Below are positions 37,711-49,419 of a stretch of 49,419 bases of DNA, piece by piece. The translations under genes were made by a program, and so were the position numbers. This DNA is from Octopus sinensis (lineage: Eukaryota). Position 1 is the stretch's first letter, and each line of letters starts with the position of its first letter. The stretch spans positions 1 to 49,419 of the forward strand of contig NW_021834343.1 of the NCBI RefSeq assembly GCF_006345805.1, in the 5' to 3' direction. The notes under the pieces were generated by a model that ran no database searches, was not told the DNA's origin, and saw nothing but the letters and a program-made list of their open reading frames with translations.

Positions 37711-38541
37711 GTAAACATATCTGTAATGGTGACAGTTCGTAACGCTCTGAGCAGTAATTAATTTCGTTGAGCATTGACTGAGTTTAAATCCTACCGGCCA
37801 GCCCCGGCACAACATTTTATCCTCAGCCACATATGGAATTTTTAAATTAAATTGCCAATGTTCATTTTTATACTTATTCCATTTGCGAACATTACCAATA
37901 GGGTAGGTATATAGACAGAGAGGTGAATCTCATCAGTATAAACATGGTAGTAAATGATCTTTACTCATGGGTAGATTTCTTATCACTGAATTTACTTTGT
38001 TATTTAGATTTACCACTGGGGAGGGAGTTTCTATTAAGTTCAGTGGAGACAACCAAGAATTTATCTATTTATAGATAGAGGAAGAGGCAGTTTAAGTGGC
38101 AGTGCCATAACTCCAACTCTTTTATGAAGAACTTAACTCTGGTACATCTTAATGTATTTTAGCTAAAGTTAGTAGGCTGAAGCTAGTGGGGTAAGGAGAA
38201 TAGAAACTTCTAATACCTTAACCATTTAACAGCCATAATCCTTTCAAATCACAAGGAAGCACAAGGCCAGATATTTCGAGAAAGGAGTTAAGTCGAATTC
38301 ATCGACCTCCTGTGTTCAGCTGGTACTTACCTTATCGACTCCTCGGCGGCATTTGAACTCAGAACGTGAAGCTTTAATGTATTAGTGTGCAATATTTCCA
38401 AGCTGGGTCTCTCTCTATATATCGCTCTCTGTCTCTCTCTCTTTATATTTCTATATCCATCTAGCTATCTTTCTTTCTTTCTTTCTTTCTTGCTTTCTTT
38501 CTTTCTTTCTTTCTTTCTTTTTTTCTTTCTTTTTCTTTCTT

Positions 38542-38584
<43 letters not shown>

Positions 38585-38752
38585 TTCTCACTATATCTTG
38601 CTCTCACTCTCTCACTTTCACCCTCTCTCTTTCTTTCTTTCTCTCTCTCTATCTCTTTGTCTGTCTCTCGCTCTCACTCCTTCACTCTCTCTCCATCCCT
38701 CTCTCTCTCTCTCTCTCTCTGACTGTCTCACGCTCTCAATGCCTCTCGCTCA

Positions 38753-38787
<35 letters not shown>

Positions 38788-40479
38788 ACTCTTTCTCTTT
38801 CTCTCACTCTCCTAATCTCTTACTCGCTCTTCGATGAAGAACGGGCATCCGAAACGTTACACTTCTTTGTTTCCTCACAAAACGAACCATGTTCCATTGT
38901 CTGAATTAACTGTACTTAACTATAACGTTTAAGTAAAACAAGAGTATCCGAGAAATATAGTAACTGTCTGTATTAGCATTTAGCAAAGAACAAAAATATC
39001 ACGAAGAGGAATAAATTATTTTCCTGTGAAGAAGTGTAATACAATACTTTGTGTATTAACTTCCGTCGAAAAGAAAGGTAATGTATATATAACTGGTGTT
39101 TTATTTTAATATTTACAAAACTAAATTTACAAAAAAATATTACAAAAGATAATAAATACCGCTAATCTGTTTTTAACTGGCCAGCTGGTGTATTTAATCT
39201 GTCGATTGGTTGAACATGTCTACATAGATTAGTTAAGGAACGCCCATGGTATTATGATTTACTATGTACGATATGGAAAGGTTAATTTAATAAACAGTTA
39301 ACACAGAATATGGCATCGGCAACAGAAGTCAAAGTAATTGCTACGGCTTTATCTCGCAAGTAAAACCTTACGATACGATTCGTTTTAAAGCATAGATTAA
39401 ACCGATAGATTAAACTATCTAAAATAGATTAAAACTATCATAGAGAAGATAAAAGGGAAGATTATCTGTGACACGGTATCAAGAATTACTACAGTTTAGA
39501 TATATGGTTATAGAACTATTAGCTTGAAGGTCTTCCGTATGAATAAGATTCATGAATATCTAAGTGAATATATATTGTGTTTCGTTGTATACCCACGTAT
39601 TCGTGCTGTTAATGATAGCGAACATGTTTATCTTTGTTAAATAAGAATAAAACGAAGTTAAAATATACAAAACTAGGTTTATTTTTAAATGCAGATATTT
39701 ACATGCTATAATAGAATTTGCATTGAACAATCTTGATGGAAAGAAAAAAAACTTTTTGTCAGTTCAGTATTTGCTATAGCAGTACACAAACTGAAAATTT
39801 AGCCAATTACAGAGAAATAATCACGCAACAGTGCTAAGCAGGCAAAGAAGCTTTGCAGGTACAATTTAATTTAATAATTCTTTTCTTACTATGTGCTTTT
39901 TATTTCTGTTTTTTTCTTCTTTTCTGTTTTTAGAATGAAATTTTTGTTCTTAAAAAAGATTTCAATTGTTATACGTATTTTCAACGTGAAGTTACAATTT
40001 CTTTTTTATTTTTAGTTTTACTGAGAACATCGTAGAGTTACTTGCCCGTGGATAAAAAAAAGAAGGACAAAATAGGTATACTCTGACAGGGGCGAATAAC
40101 TGACCTTACGATATGTTAATGGTTATTTCAAATGCTAGAATAGCTTGGAAATTCACGTCATCTTAAAGCAAAGGGAAGATTAATATCACGTGCTGTTAAA
40201 TTTAAATATTCGGATAACTATACCTTCATCTTTCTCACTACCTGTCAGTATCTTTCCATGATGGTAGACATTAGGAAGAGACTTTATCAAAGCTCGTGTT
40301 CACTCAAGCAATTATTTTCTTGAGGTATTGCAAATTAATAATTACAATAATCATATGAAGCATTAGTCGCATGACATATACCGGCACACTAGGTGGGCGC
40401 AGCGTATTTCAAAGCACACACACACAAAAAAAACTATTCGATCTGTTGTTATTTCTTCGTCTACGAAATCAACATTATC

Positions 40480-40512
<33 letters not shown>

Positions 40513-40665
40513 AAATGTATGACTGCTTCTGATGGATTTAGAGCTTCGCGAAGAGTATCATTATCCAGGCTATTTCTAGTAATTCAGTGTCGCTCTTACA
40601 CCACTTAGTGTTCTACCTGGTTGTGGTATACACAGCAAACGTTGGAGAAAATGCAATAAAGTTTA

Positions 40666-40760
40666 TCCCTGAAGAACTGATCTAGTTCCCCATCCTATTA
40701 CACATTGAATACCCACTACAGAGGATGCCAACAACAACTAGAGTGAAACGTACGTAAGGA
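40666..40760 (+). ncRNA. Hammerhead-like motif with long stem II (GUA site)
   Basis: CTGAAGA(40669-40675)-ACT.CTAGTT..CATCCT...AGGATG..AACTAG-AGT-GAAAC-gtac-GTA-agga. Stem I is weak. Confidence 0.6.
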
Positions 40761-40894
40761 ACACATGTTATAAACTGCATATTGTGTTTGTCATATTTTT
40801 TCATTTATGTGTGTGCGTGTGTATTTCTTTTTTTTTTTTTTACTGTAGTTTCAGCTCATAGCTGCAGCCATGCTGATTGATGCACTACCGTTTG

Positions 40895-41002
40895 AAAAAA
40901 TATGGAACGCTTCACGAATTTGCGTGTCACTTTTGCGCAGGGGCCAAGCTAATCTTCTCTGTATCGTTCCAATTTTATAATATGTACCGCCGTAGCTAGA
41001 TC
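40895..41002 (-). pseudogene. RNU6: U6 snRNA retrocopy/pseudogene
   Basis: Minus strand ...AAAATTGGAACGATACAGAGAAGATTAGCTTGGCCCCTGCGCAAAAGTGACACGCAAATTCGTGAAGCGTTCCATATTTTTT. ACAGAGA box intact, internal stem-loop mutated, and upstream is only (TA)n. Confidence 0.95.
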
Positions 41003-41045
41003 ATATACACATGTATATATATATAATATATATATATATATATAG

Positions 41046-41115
<70 letters not shown>

Positions 41116-41344
41116 TGTATGTTTTTATGCATATACATGTATGTATTCCCATAGCCGTCACTCTCGAGTGAGAATGAGTTGGTAAGATATACTATGCTTT
41201 TCCTCATTGTCTTGGGTGCCTGTGAGTTGGTGAGCATACATAGGCAACTTCTCGACCCCCATCTCACCTTTCTAAATACGTGATGATGTGATAGCCGTGG
41301 GAATAAAAGACTTCACCAGTTTTTAGCTAGTACTCGCTTTAAAT

Positions 41345-41625
41345 TAGGGGGTCCCAACCTTATTTTCCTTGTGGACACCCTGAGAGATATCTTATCATCT
41401 GTGGACCCCGTATATGCACATGTATTTATTTGTAGGTTAGTAAAAATAACAATGAAACAATTTCGTTTTCTTCATAACATAAATTCCAAATACAAATCTT
41501 GAAGATGTCAATGAATACAAGTACATCTCCTAGTAAATAAAATTTATATATGGACCCACAAATTACAATTGTTTACTCGTGGACCCCCTTAAAGCTTCTG
41601 TGGACCCCCCGGTTGGGAAACCCTG
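41345..41625. mobile_element. hAT-type MITE
   Basis: TIRs TAGGGGGTCCCAACC / GGTTGGGAAACCCTG. 8-bp TSD CTTTAAAT/TTTTAAAT. Repeated subterminal GTGGACCC motifs. Inserted in a degraded SINE C-like copy. Confidence 0.85.
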
Positions 41626-42538
41626 TTTTAAATGATTACATTGGAGCGATATGAAGAAAAAGAGCCTTGATCAGGGTTGCAATGCACTACTTCCTCCAGA
41701 AATCGAACCCACGACCTTATGGTAATAAAGCGAACACCTTAACCACCATCCAACCCGTTTTTAATGTGGTCAATCTATATAGAAACAATATAAAGAACGT
41801 AATGAAGCTTGCACATGACTGAGGAAAATATCCCGCAAATCGTTTATGTTAAATCCTTTATAACATCTCTATTATTCTTAACTATTTGTAAAAGTGAAAC
41901 AATAGAATTTGACAAAGCTAGTAATAGCGCGTGTAAGCATACAGCTTGCTGAATTTCATTTTGCTGGGAGAAACAGAAGCCTAACGTTTTGGACAATAAT
42001 CATCATCGGAAACAAATGAAATGTTTTTGTGATAAAAGTGAATACCGCGACTTCCAGTCTACTTATTCACAACTATCAGCAGTCGGAGTTAGATTTCCTC
42101 TCTGCCTCACGGTAAAATAATTTGTTTCCATTTTGTGAACTTTTTTTGAACTAAAAATTCATAGCCTCTGGAATTTAACAGTTTTAGCAGATTTTTCTTA
42201 TCTTGTAATTGTTTCCTATCATTATCCATTTAAAATTTTGACGATACTGGATTGGTAAAATCGTTAGAGCGTCGCATATAACATGTACTACGATATTTAG
42301 ATATGATTCTTCACGTTGTGAATTCGGATCCCACCAAGATCAAATTCGCCTTTCCAACTTTCCGGAACCAGTAAAATACCAACGACTCTAGTACAAGTCA
42401 AATCTTGGGGTGGATGTACACGACAAATCCCCTCTCTTGAAAATTTCGTGCCTTCAGCAGTATTTGAAGCCATTATTATTGTTGTTGTTGTTATTGTTGT
42501 TGTTGTTGTTGTTGCTCTTCTTCTTCTTCTTTTCTTCT

Positions 42539-42585
<47 letters not shown>

Positions 42586-42711
42586 TTATTATTATTATTA
42601 TTATTATATTATTATTATTATTATTATTTCATATATTATTATTATATTAATTATTATTTTATATTATATTATTATTATTATCATTATTATTATTATTATT
42701 ATATATTATTG

Positions 42712-43175
42712 AGGGTGAGAGAGCAGTGCATGCCATCAAAGTGACACTGGGGTAAAATATACGAAGCCCAGTAAACCCATCATGACTACACGTCTGATAA
42801 GGGTACACCAGGCACATGCATCACAACCATATGTGCGCGACATGGTGATCTCATATCAAGATAAACAGTGCATGACCATGCAGGTGGGGGCCCAGTTAGA
42901 ATTTTCTTCTGATCGAGTAGCCCATCTCATTCAAAAGGTCCCTGAATAAGGGTTGTTTAAGGATGTTGAACGAACCACCCATGTTTCCAAAGGTGAATTA
43001 TCCAAACCTCTAAGAATTCCTTTCAACACACCGCTATGATGCTCCCCTACTGTTACTGCTCGTGATCAGAGATGCACATATCGTCAGCCACTAAAGGACA
43101 TGGTCAACTGGTTAAAGTCAAACAACTGACAAGCAAATCTGTGGTATTGAGCAGAATATTTGCTGTAGCCCATCT
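42712..43175 (-). mobile_element. Interspersed repeat, probable LINE 3' UTR ending in (AAT)n
   Basis: Paralogue of 1-868; abuts the (TAT)/(TTC)/(TTG) tract at 42470-42710. Confidence 0.65.
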
Positions 43176-43267
43176 TGTATGCCAGTTCAGTACTGAGGTC
43201 GATGTAATCGACTCATCCCTGACTTCCCTTCAGCTGCTCTTGTGGCAAAAAATTCGAAATGATTTTT

Positions 43268-43485
43268 AAAACGGCAAAGTGACAGAATCGTTAGCATGCT
43301 GGATGAAATGCTTAGCGGCATTTCGTCCATCATTACGTTCTGAGTTTAAATGCTGCTGAGGTCGACTTTGCCTTTCATCTTTCGGTTAATTAAGTACAAG
43401 TTGAGCACTTGGGTCCTTGGGTCAATGCAATCGACTAGTCCCCTCCTCCAAAATTTCTGGCCTCGCTCCTACAGCAGAAAGGATT
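43268..43485 (+). mobile_element. Degraded SINE family B monomer
   Basis: CAGAATCGTTAGCA..GGTCGACTTTGCCTTTCATC. Confidence 0.75.
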
Positions 43486-44031
43486 AGTATTAATGTTGCT
43501 GTTGTTGTTGGCTGGAATCGATAAAATAAAATACTATGGTGTACGATTTCATTGACAATATTCCTCCACAAAAACGAAAACAGAAATTGCAGCCTCTACT
43601 TCGGTTAACAGTCTATTGTAGTAGTACCAGACATAATAGTAGTAAGTATAGATCGGACCTCTTAAGTTCGTGAACCTTGTGACCTGGCCGTTGCCAGACC
43701 ACGGAAAATGCCAAAAAATAGTGACTGGCCCGCGAGGAGATCCGTCACGTAAACCTAATCTTTTCATCTCAGTATTCCACGTATATTCTGATATATTGTC
43801 AAAGCTAACACAAAACTTAAAACGGGAATTAATATGAAAACCAGACTTCGAAGCATGTTATATATGTATTTAAAATTTATATTCTTTTAATGTTTCGTAT
43901 AGTAAGGTAGTCTCGAGTTCAGCCCCGCTGCGCGGCATCTAGGGCAAGTGACTTCTACTGCAGCACTGGGTTGATCAATGCTTTGTGAGTGAATTAGGCG
44001 ATAATTATAGAAAAACCAACTTGTATATGTG

Positions 44032-44077
<46 letters not shown>

Positions 44078-44361
44078 TGTAGGTGTGTGTGCGTGCACGC
44101 ACGCGCGTGTATATATATATTAAAATCTTAGGGTAGCAAGAATATTTATAGAAAAATTCTTAGTTACCAGTAGTCTAGTGAGAAAGAAAAAATTAGTCAA
44201 TAGACTATATATTATTCAGAGAATAATACAGTGTACATTCAAACAAAGAAGAGATCCCCGAAGAATAGGATATCTGACTCGTTAGAAAGAGCAGTTAAAA
44301 ACTCCAAGCCACTAATTGTTGTAATTCCGAAAGTGATTGAAAAATAAACACTTACCTTAAT

Positions 44362-44443
44362 CCTAGACCCTGCAAGGTTTCTGCAGACTTAAATACAGAT
44401 TGAAATAATCTCAGTCTATATCTGGCACTGCGTCCTCAGTAGG
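44362..44443 (-). ncRNA. Type I hammerhead ribozyme motif (GUC site, long stem II)
   Basis: Minus strand: ccta-CTGAGGA-cGCAG...CTGCa-GAAAC-cttgcagg-GTC-tagg. Perfect 4-bp stem I. Confidence 0.8.
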
Positions 44444-44574
44444 GTATAAGTAGCAGCTATAAGTAATCAGCACCTGCAATATGTGCTAATTTTCGAATTT
44501 CTACCGCTAGATGCGAAACATATATATATATTATATATATATATCTATATATAAATAAATATATATAATATATA

Positions 44575-45858
44575 CGAGGGACGTTCAGAAGTAAGACCCT
44601 GACCCACTTGTAGTTGTTTGATCTTGCTAAATTTTCATGTGCAATTATTTATATTATAGATTTAAGGGCAAATTACAGCTCTGAACTAATTGTGGTTTCT
44701 GATTTACAGGTGTTTGAACTGAGTCAAGTGTGAAATGGAGCCTGTTGAGTGTCGAGCAGTGATCCGTGTTTTGTATTTGAAAGGACGCACACCACGGGAG
44801 ACTTTTGATGAAATGAAAGTAACTTATGGTGATGATGCCCCATCATATGACCTTGTAAAACGCTGGCATCGTGAATTCAAACATGGTCGGAACTCTGTGG
44901 AAACAGCCCCCAGATCTGGTCACCCTCCTTCTGCCATTGATGAGGCATCTGTCCGTCAAGTTGAGGCTGCCATTTGGAAGATCGACGCATAACTATTCGC
45001 CAAATAGCCCATGAGGTCAAGATTAGTACCGGGTCTGTGGAAACTATCATTCATGACCATTTGCATATGCAAAAGGTGTCTGCCAGATGGATTCCAAGGT
45101 TGCTCACACCTTTCCAGAAGCAAGAACGCGTCGAGTGCTCGAGGATAGATTTGGAGATGTGCCAAGAAGATGAGTCAAATTTTTTCAAAAGACTGATTAC
45201 ACAGGATGAAACCTGGGTCCATCACCATGATCCAGAGACCAAAGCCCAGTCAATGCAGTGGAAACACCGTGACTCACCTCCTCCAAAGAAGGCAAGGGTG
45301 CAGCCCTCCGCTGGCAAGGTCATGCTCACAGTCTTCTGGGACCAGGACGGAGTAGTGATGACAGATTTCCTGGCAAAGGGTACCACAATTACAGGAGCCT
45401 ATTATGCTTCACTTTTGAGGAAATTAAGAGAAGCTATAAAAATTAAGAGGCGGGGCAAGATCAGCAAAGGCATCCTCCTCCTGCAGGACAACGCTCCAGT
45501 CCACAACTCGATGGTCGCCAGATCAGAAGCGCAGGCGTGCGGCTATGAACTCCTCCCCCAACCCCCTACTCTCCTGACCATGTACCCTCGGATTTTCACC
45601 TCTTCCCAGTCATGAAGTTGTTTTTGAAAGGAAAGCGTTTCCCGGATGATGCAGCCTTGATTTCTGAAGTCAGGTCGTGGTTGGAGGACCAAGCTGGGGT
45701 CTTCTACAAAAACGGTCTCTAGAGCTGCATCAAACGATGGGAGAAATGCGTAACTCTGGGTGGTTCCTATGTAAAAGAAGACTAATAACTGTGCCAAGTG
45801 TCGTTGCTCTACTGCTATGGGAAATGGGTCAGGGGCATTACTTATTGAATGCCCCTCG
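44575..45858 (+). mobile_element. Mariner (DD34D) transposon, full length, frameshifted transposase
   Basis: TA|CGAGGG..AAGTAAG.CCCTGACCCA and TGGGTCAGGGGCATTACTT..CCCTCG|TA. ATG at 44735, then WIPRLL, ITQDETW, LQDNAPVH and PYSPDHVPSDF (shifted frame). Frameshifts near 44975 and 45565. Confidence 0.95.
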
Positions 45859-47238
45859 TATATGTGTGTGTGTGTGTGTGTGCACATGTTCACATGTGTG
45901 TGTGCGCACGCGCGTATGTCTATGTATATGTATATGCCTTTGTGTCTGTTTTTGACCCACCCCGCTGACGTTTGACAATCGGTGTTGGTTTGTTTACTAC
46001 ACCATAATATAGCAGTTAGGCCAAAAGACTCCGAGAGAATAAGTACCAGACTTCAAAAACATGAGTACAGGGGTTGATTTGCTCGAGTTAACTGTTCAGG
46101 GCGGTGTTCCAGTATGACCGTAGTCCAATGACTGAGACGAGTCAATGATATTAATTTGATATGGATTCGCTTGATATGAACTCGTAGCAACACATTCAGA
46201 ACGTGCCGGATTATGAGAGTTTCTGGATCATAGAGTGCCGGATTTAAGAGTTCCAGCCTGAATAAATAATCGTTGCTATAAATAGACTGGGTGAAATTAG
46301 TGATTTTCAATTTTTTTTTTTATTGCAATATTTTTTGATCCATCGGGAGATGATGGTGATGACGAAGAAAAGAGAAAAAAATTATGGCAAGATTTTTTTT
46401 TTTTTTTGAAATGACAGAAGTTAAAAAGATAAAATAAAATAAAATAAAAACAGCAGCAATAAAGAAAACAAAAAAAACAACAACAACAAGAAAAAGCAAC
46501 AACTTTACCATCGACAACACCAGTGATGAATAACATCAGCTCCAACAACACCACCAATCCCAGTTGAAATATCGATGGCGACAACAAGAAAATAATAGCA
46601 ACGCCACTACCACCACTAACAACAACAACAACAACAATGACAACAATAACAACACCAGCATCAGCAACAGAAGTCGCCCTTGAAGAAAAGAGAAACAAAA
46701 GAAAATACAAAGGAATAGAAAAGGGAGACGAGAGAGGGAGAGATTGAATAAAATGAAAACTGAAAAGAAAAGAAGCGCTTGGTTGGTTTACAAAGATTAT
46801 GGCGTGTCGGGTGGATGGGTAAATGGGTGGTCGGCTGGTTGGCTGGTTGGTTGGTTGGTTGGTTGGTTGGCTGGCTGGTTCTATAATTAGGGTGGGTAAC
46901 AACGGCATTGTGGCATTGTGGTATCTGAAATGGAGAATATTCTTGGACAACGGTTGCATAAAGAACAGAAGCGAAGTTTAAAATGGTATGAATTAGGCCT
47001 CAGATGAAAGGACATGATGCTATGTATGTATGTATGTACATATTATACGTGTACGTGTATGAATGAGTGTGTATATCTATGTGCGAGTGTATATTTTTGT
47101 TTGTGACTGTATATGTATATATACATATATACACATGTATATAAACACAAAATCCATTTATACGTATCTATATATTATGTATATATGTATGAATATATAT
47201 GCATATGTATGTATATATATATGTATGTATGTATTTTG

Positions 47239-47283
<45 letters not shown>

Positions 47284-47374
47284 GTGTGTAGTTATATAAA
47301 TTCACACAAACAGATATATATATGAGAGAGAGAGAGTGTGTGTATGTGCATGTGTGTGTACATATAATCACTTA

Positions 47375-47418
<44 letters not shown>

Positions 47419-48349
47419 GTTTTAAAAGATTTAGAGAAAAAAATGGAGACCGATGAGAAGTATGACAGCATAAGCAAAAAATAAAACAGAATGCAATGAA
47501 GGGAGAAAAAGTTTTTTAAAAATGATAAACACCAAAGAAGAAAAAAAAGGCGGGATAGGGAAAAAAATGATTCAGAAAATGGCGGAAACGAAGAAAAGAA
47601 AATCAAAATGGCGTCGAAAAGGTATTGACTGTTGTAAAAAAAAAGTTTGAAGTGGTTAGCTGTTGGTTAATAATTCACAGGGACATTGGTTGGGATGTTA
47701 CTTTCAATAATCTAGCATACGGATCGATGTACGTTTGTGTTTGGGTAGTGTGTTGTGTTGTGTGTGTGTGTATGTGGAAGGGGAAATAGAAGAGCAGAGG
47801 GAGTAAGCGGTGAGAGAGAGAGTAAAGGGAAAGAGAATGAGAGACGGTGTGTATTTGTGTATGCATGTGTGCGTGCGTGTATGGTTGTATTCATTTGTGC
47901 GTGTGTCTGTGTGTGTCTGTGTCTGTGATCTTTTACGCGTGTGTATATTTTATGTTTTGTGCATGCGCGTACATTATCAAGAATAACCTGTTCAGTTTGC
48001 GTCTGTGCGTGCATGTGTGTGTGTGAGTGTGCGGGGGGTGCCTGTGTGTTGCATGCATGTTTCTTTGAATATCCGTGTATCTGTGCTTGAAAATGTATGC
48101 GCATGTGATTATGCGTGCAAGTGTGGAACCCAGGTTTGTTAAAAATAAGCGCATGAGTGAGAAAATGTTTTGTGTGGTGACCAAGCGTTTTGTCTTCGTG
48201 CGCATGTGCGTTTGTACAGTTTTACTTGTGAATGTATGTGAATAATCGTGTGTGCATGTATATGTGTGTGTGTTTGCGTTTTTTATACGTGAATCTATAT
48301 GAATAACATTCTCTATGTGTGTCTGTATATATTTAGCTGCGTGTTCCTC

Positions 48350-48790
48350 CGCTCCGTTCTAAGAATGCCTTAAGAAGCAAATTTATATTGTCCTAGATAT
48401 CATGATCATCTGTAGCGATGAATTATGGAGCTAGTATCTTTCTCCAAGAATACAAGTTCCGCCATACTTTGATCCACGTTAGTTGGTACATATCTTATCA
48501 CTGCAATAATAATAGAAATAAAGATGAAAATGTATTTTTGTTGCTGAATTTGCAAGACTTCTCATCAATGGTCCATAGATGTCTTCTTTCTCCTGTGATT
48601 ATTAAAATCCCATTGACGTCGAATGAGCTGACATCCACAGCAGAGCGAGTTCGTACTTTGAGGACCTGAAACAAGAATAGCAGATCGATTCTGTTTTAAT
48701 ATCAGTGTTATTTCTTCGATTTTGATTTGTCTTGCTTTTTCTTATTTAGTTGTTGTTTTCCTTGATTCCATCGATATTACTTTGGTCTAT
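48350..48790 (-). mobile_element. Old R4/Dong-like RLE relic
   Basis: Pieced translation NRIDLL..AVDVS..DVN..EKEDIYGPLMRSLQIQQQKYIFIFISIII parallels the 27700 copy and includes the PD-(D/E)xK region. Confidence 0.55.
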
Positions 48791-49109
48791 TTATTCGTGT
48801 TTACTGATTGTTGTTACATATGTGTGTATGTAGTGTATATGTATGTCCGTACGTACAATATACATGCTTGTATGTAAGTACAAATGTATATCTGTATCTA
48901 AATATATATACGTGTGTATGCGTGTGTGTGCGTGTGTGAGTGTGCGTGTGTGTGAGTGTGTGTGTATATGCGTGTGTGTGCGTGTGTGAGTGTGTGTGTG
49001 TGTGAGTGGTGTGTGTGTGTGTGTAAGATGATGCGTGTTTACATGTAAATGTATATGTTTCTTTGTATGCATATTTAGATGTATCTTTGCATTTTTGTAT
49101 ATACGCATA

Positions 49110-49419
49110 TTCTCTCCTGTTTTTAATTATTTAAATTCTTCCTCTGAGAAAAAGTCTGGTTTCTAACCAAGATACAAAGCTCCATGAAAGGAATGTAGAT
49201 ATCAAAAACAATATCATATACTTGAGAATAGTTTAGCATATTTTTAGTTCTTCTTACAGATCGTATTTGCAATGTACGAGTTATCTGGTTGATGACTTTT
49301 TCTGCAAACCTGGCTTATCCAGTTTGTCCCAAATGCATTGACTCACAAAACTAAGCTTCACCAGTTATCATTGCTTTATATGTGAATTTGTAATCTCGAC
49401 ATACATGCTGGAGGGTTCG
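49110..49419 (-). mobile_element. Old R4/Dong-like RLE relic (runs off the window)
   Basis: RTLQ...DYKFTYKAMITG..LDKPG..ITRTLQIRSV. 3' UTR motif GGTTTCTAACC.AGAT.CAA resembles 9129-9150. Confidence 0.55.

Larger units (their letters stand above)
43915..46140 (+). mobile_element. Degraded SINE family A split by two insertions
   Basis: 5' part about 43915-44020 (GGCATCTAGGGCAAGTG) and 3' part about 45950-46140 (TTGACAATCGGTGTTGG..CCAGTATGACCGTAGTCCAATGACTGAGAC). Confidence 0.6.

Noticed and set aside
38828-38862. Hammerhead-like TCGATGA...GAAACGTT (other weak cases at about 9855-9900, 18362-18580 and 25530-25575)
   Set aside because: Core mutated and stems I/II not convincingly paired, so not counted as ribozymes.
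39390-39440. Short ATAGATTAAA(A)C repeats as a CRISPR-like array
   Set aside because: Three short units with no unique spacers, in a eukaryotic context; local slippage.
40895-41002. Functional U6 gene
   Set aside because: Substitutions in the 5' stem and internal stem-loop, no recognisable upstream promoter, and a retroposon-like tail downstream.
43540-43860. GC-richer island with a 72-aa ORF
   Set aside because: No recognisable domain, TIR or second copy in the window; left unassigned.
48500-48680. Apparent splice acceptor (TTCTTGTTTCAG) and exon on the minus strand
   Set aside because: All frames stop quickly, and the pieced translation matches the R4/Dong-like RLE relic.

Overview
This is AT-rich, microsatellite-saturated eukaryotic DNA, most likely intronic or intergenic. 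The SINE families and microsatellite density point to an Octopus-like cephalopod (inference). I found no convincing host protein-coding gene, and almost all listed ORFs are microsatellite artefacts. The window is a nested mosaic of four tRNA-derived SINE families (several with clear target-site duplications, TSDs), decayed Tc1 and mariner transposons, hAT, mariner and Merlin-like MITEs, CR1/L2-group LINE relics, four R4/Dong-like restriction-like-endonuclease (RLE) LINE relics, a Penelope-like GIY-YIG relic and a U6 snRNA retrocopy fused to a retroposon tail. The most striking unannotated signal is about 10 sequence-diverse type I hammerhead-ribozyme motifs on both strands. Many lie in short non-coding islands inserted into (TA)n tracts, which suggests a diverse population of Penelope-dependent ribozyme mini-elements (retrozyme-like). 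All alignments and folds were done by eye; boundaries without TSDs or terminal inverted repeats (TIRs) are approximate.
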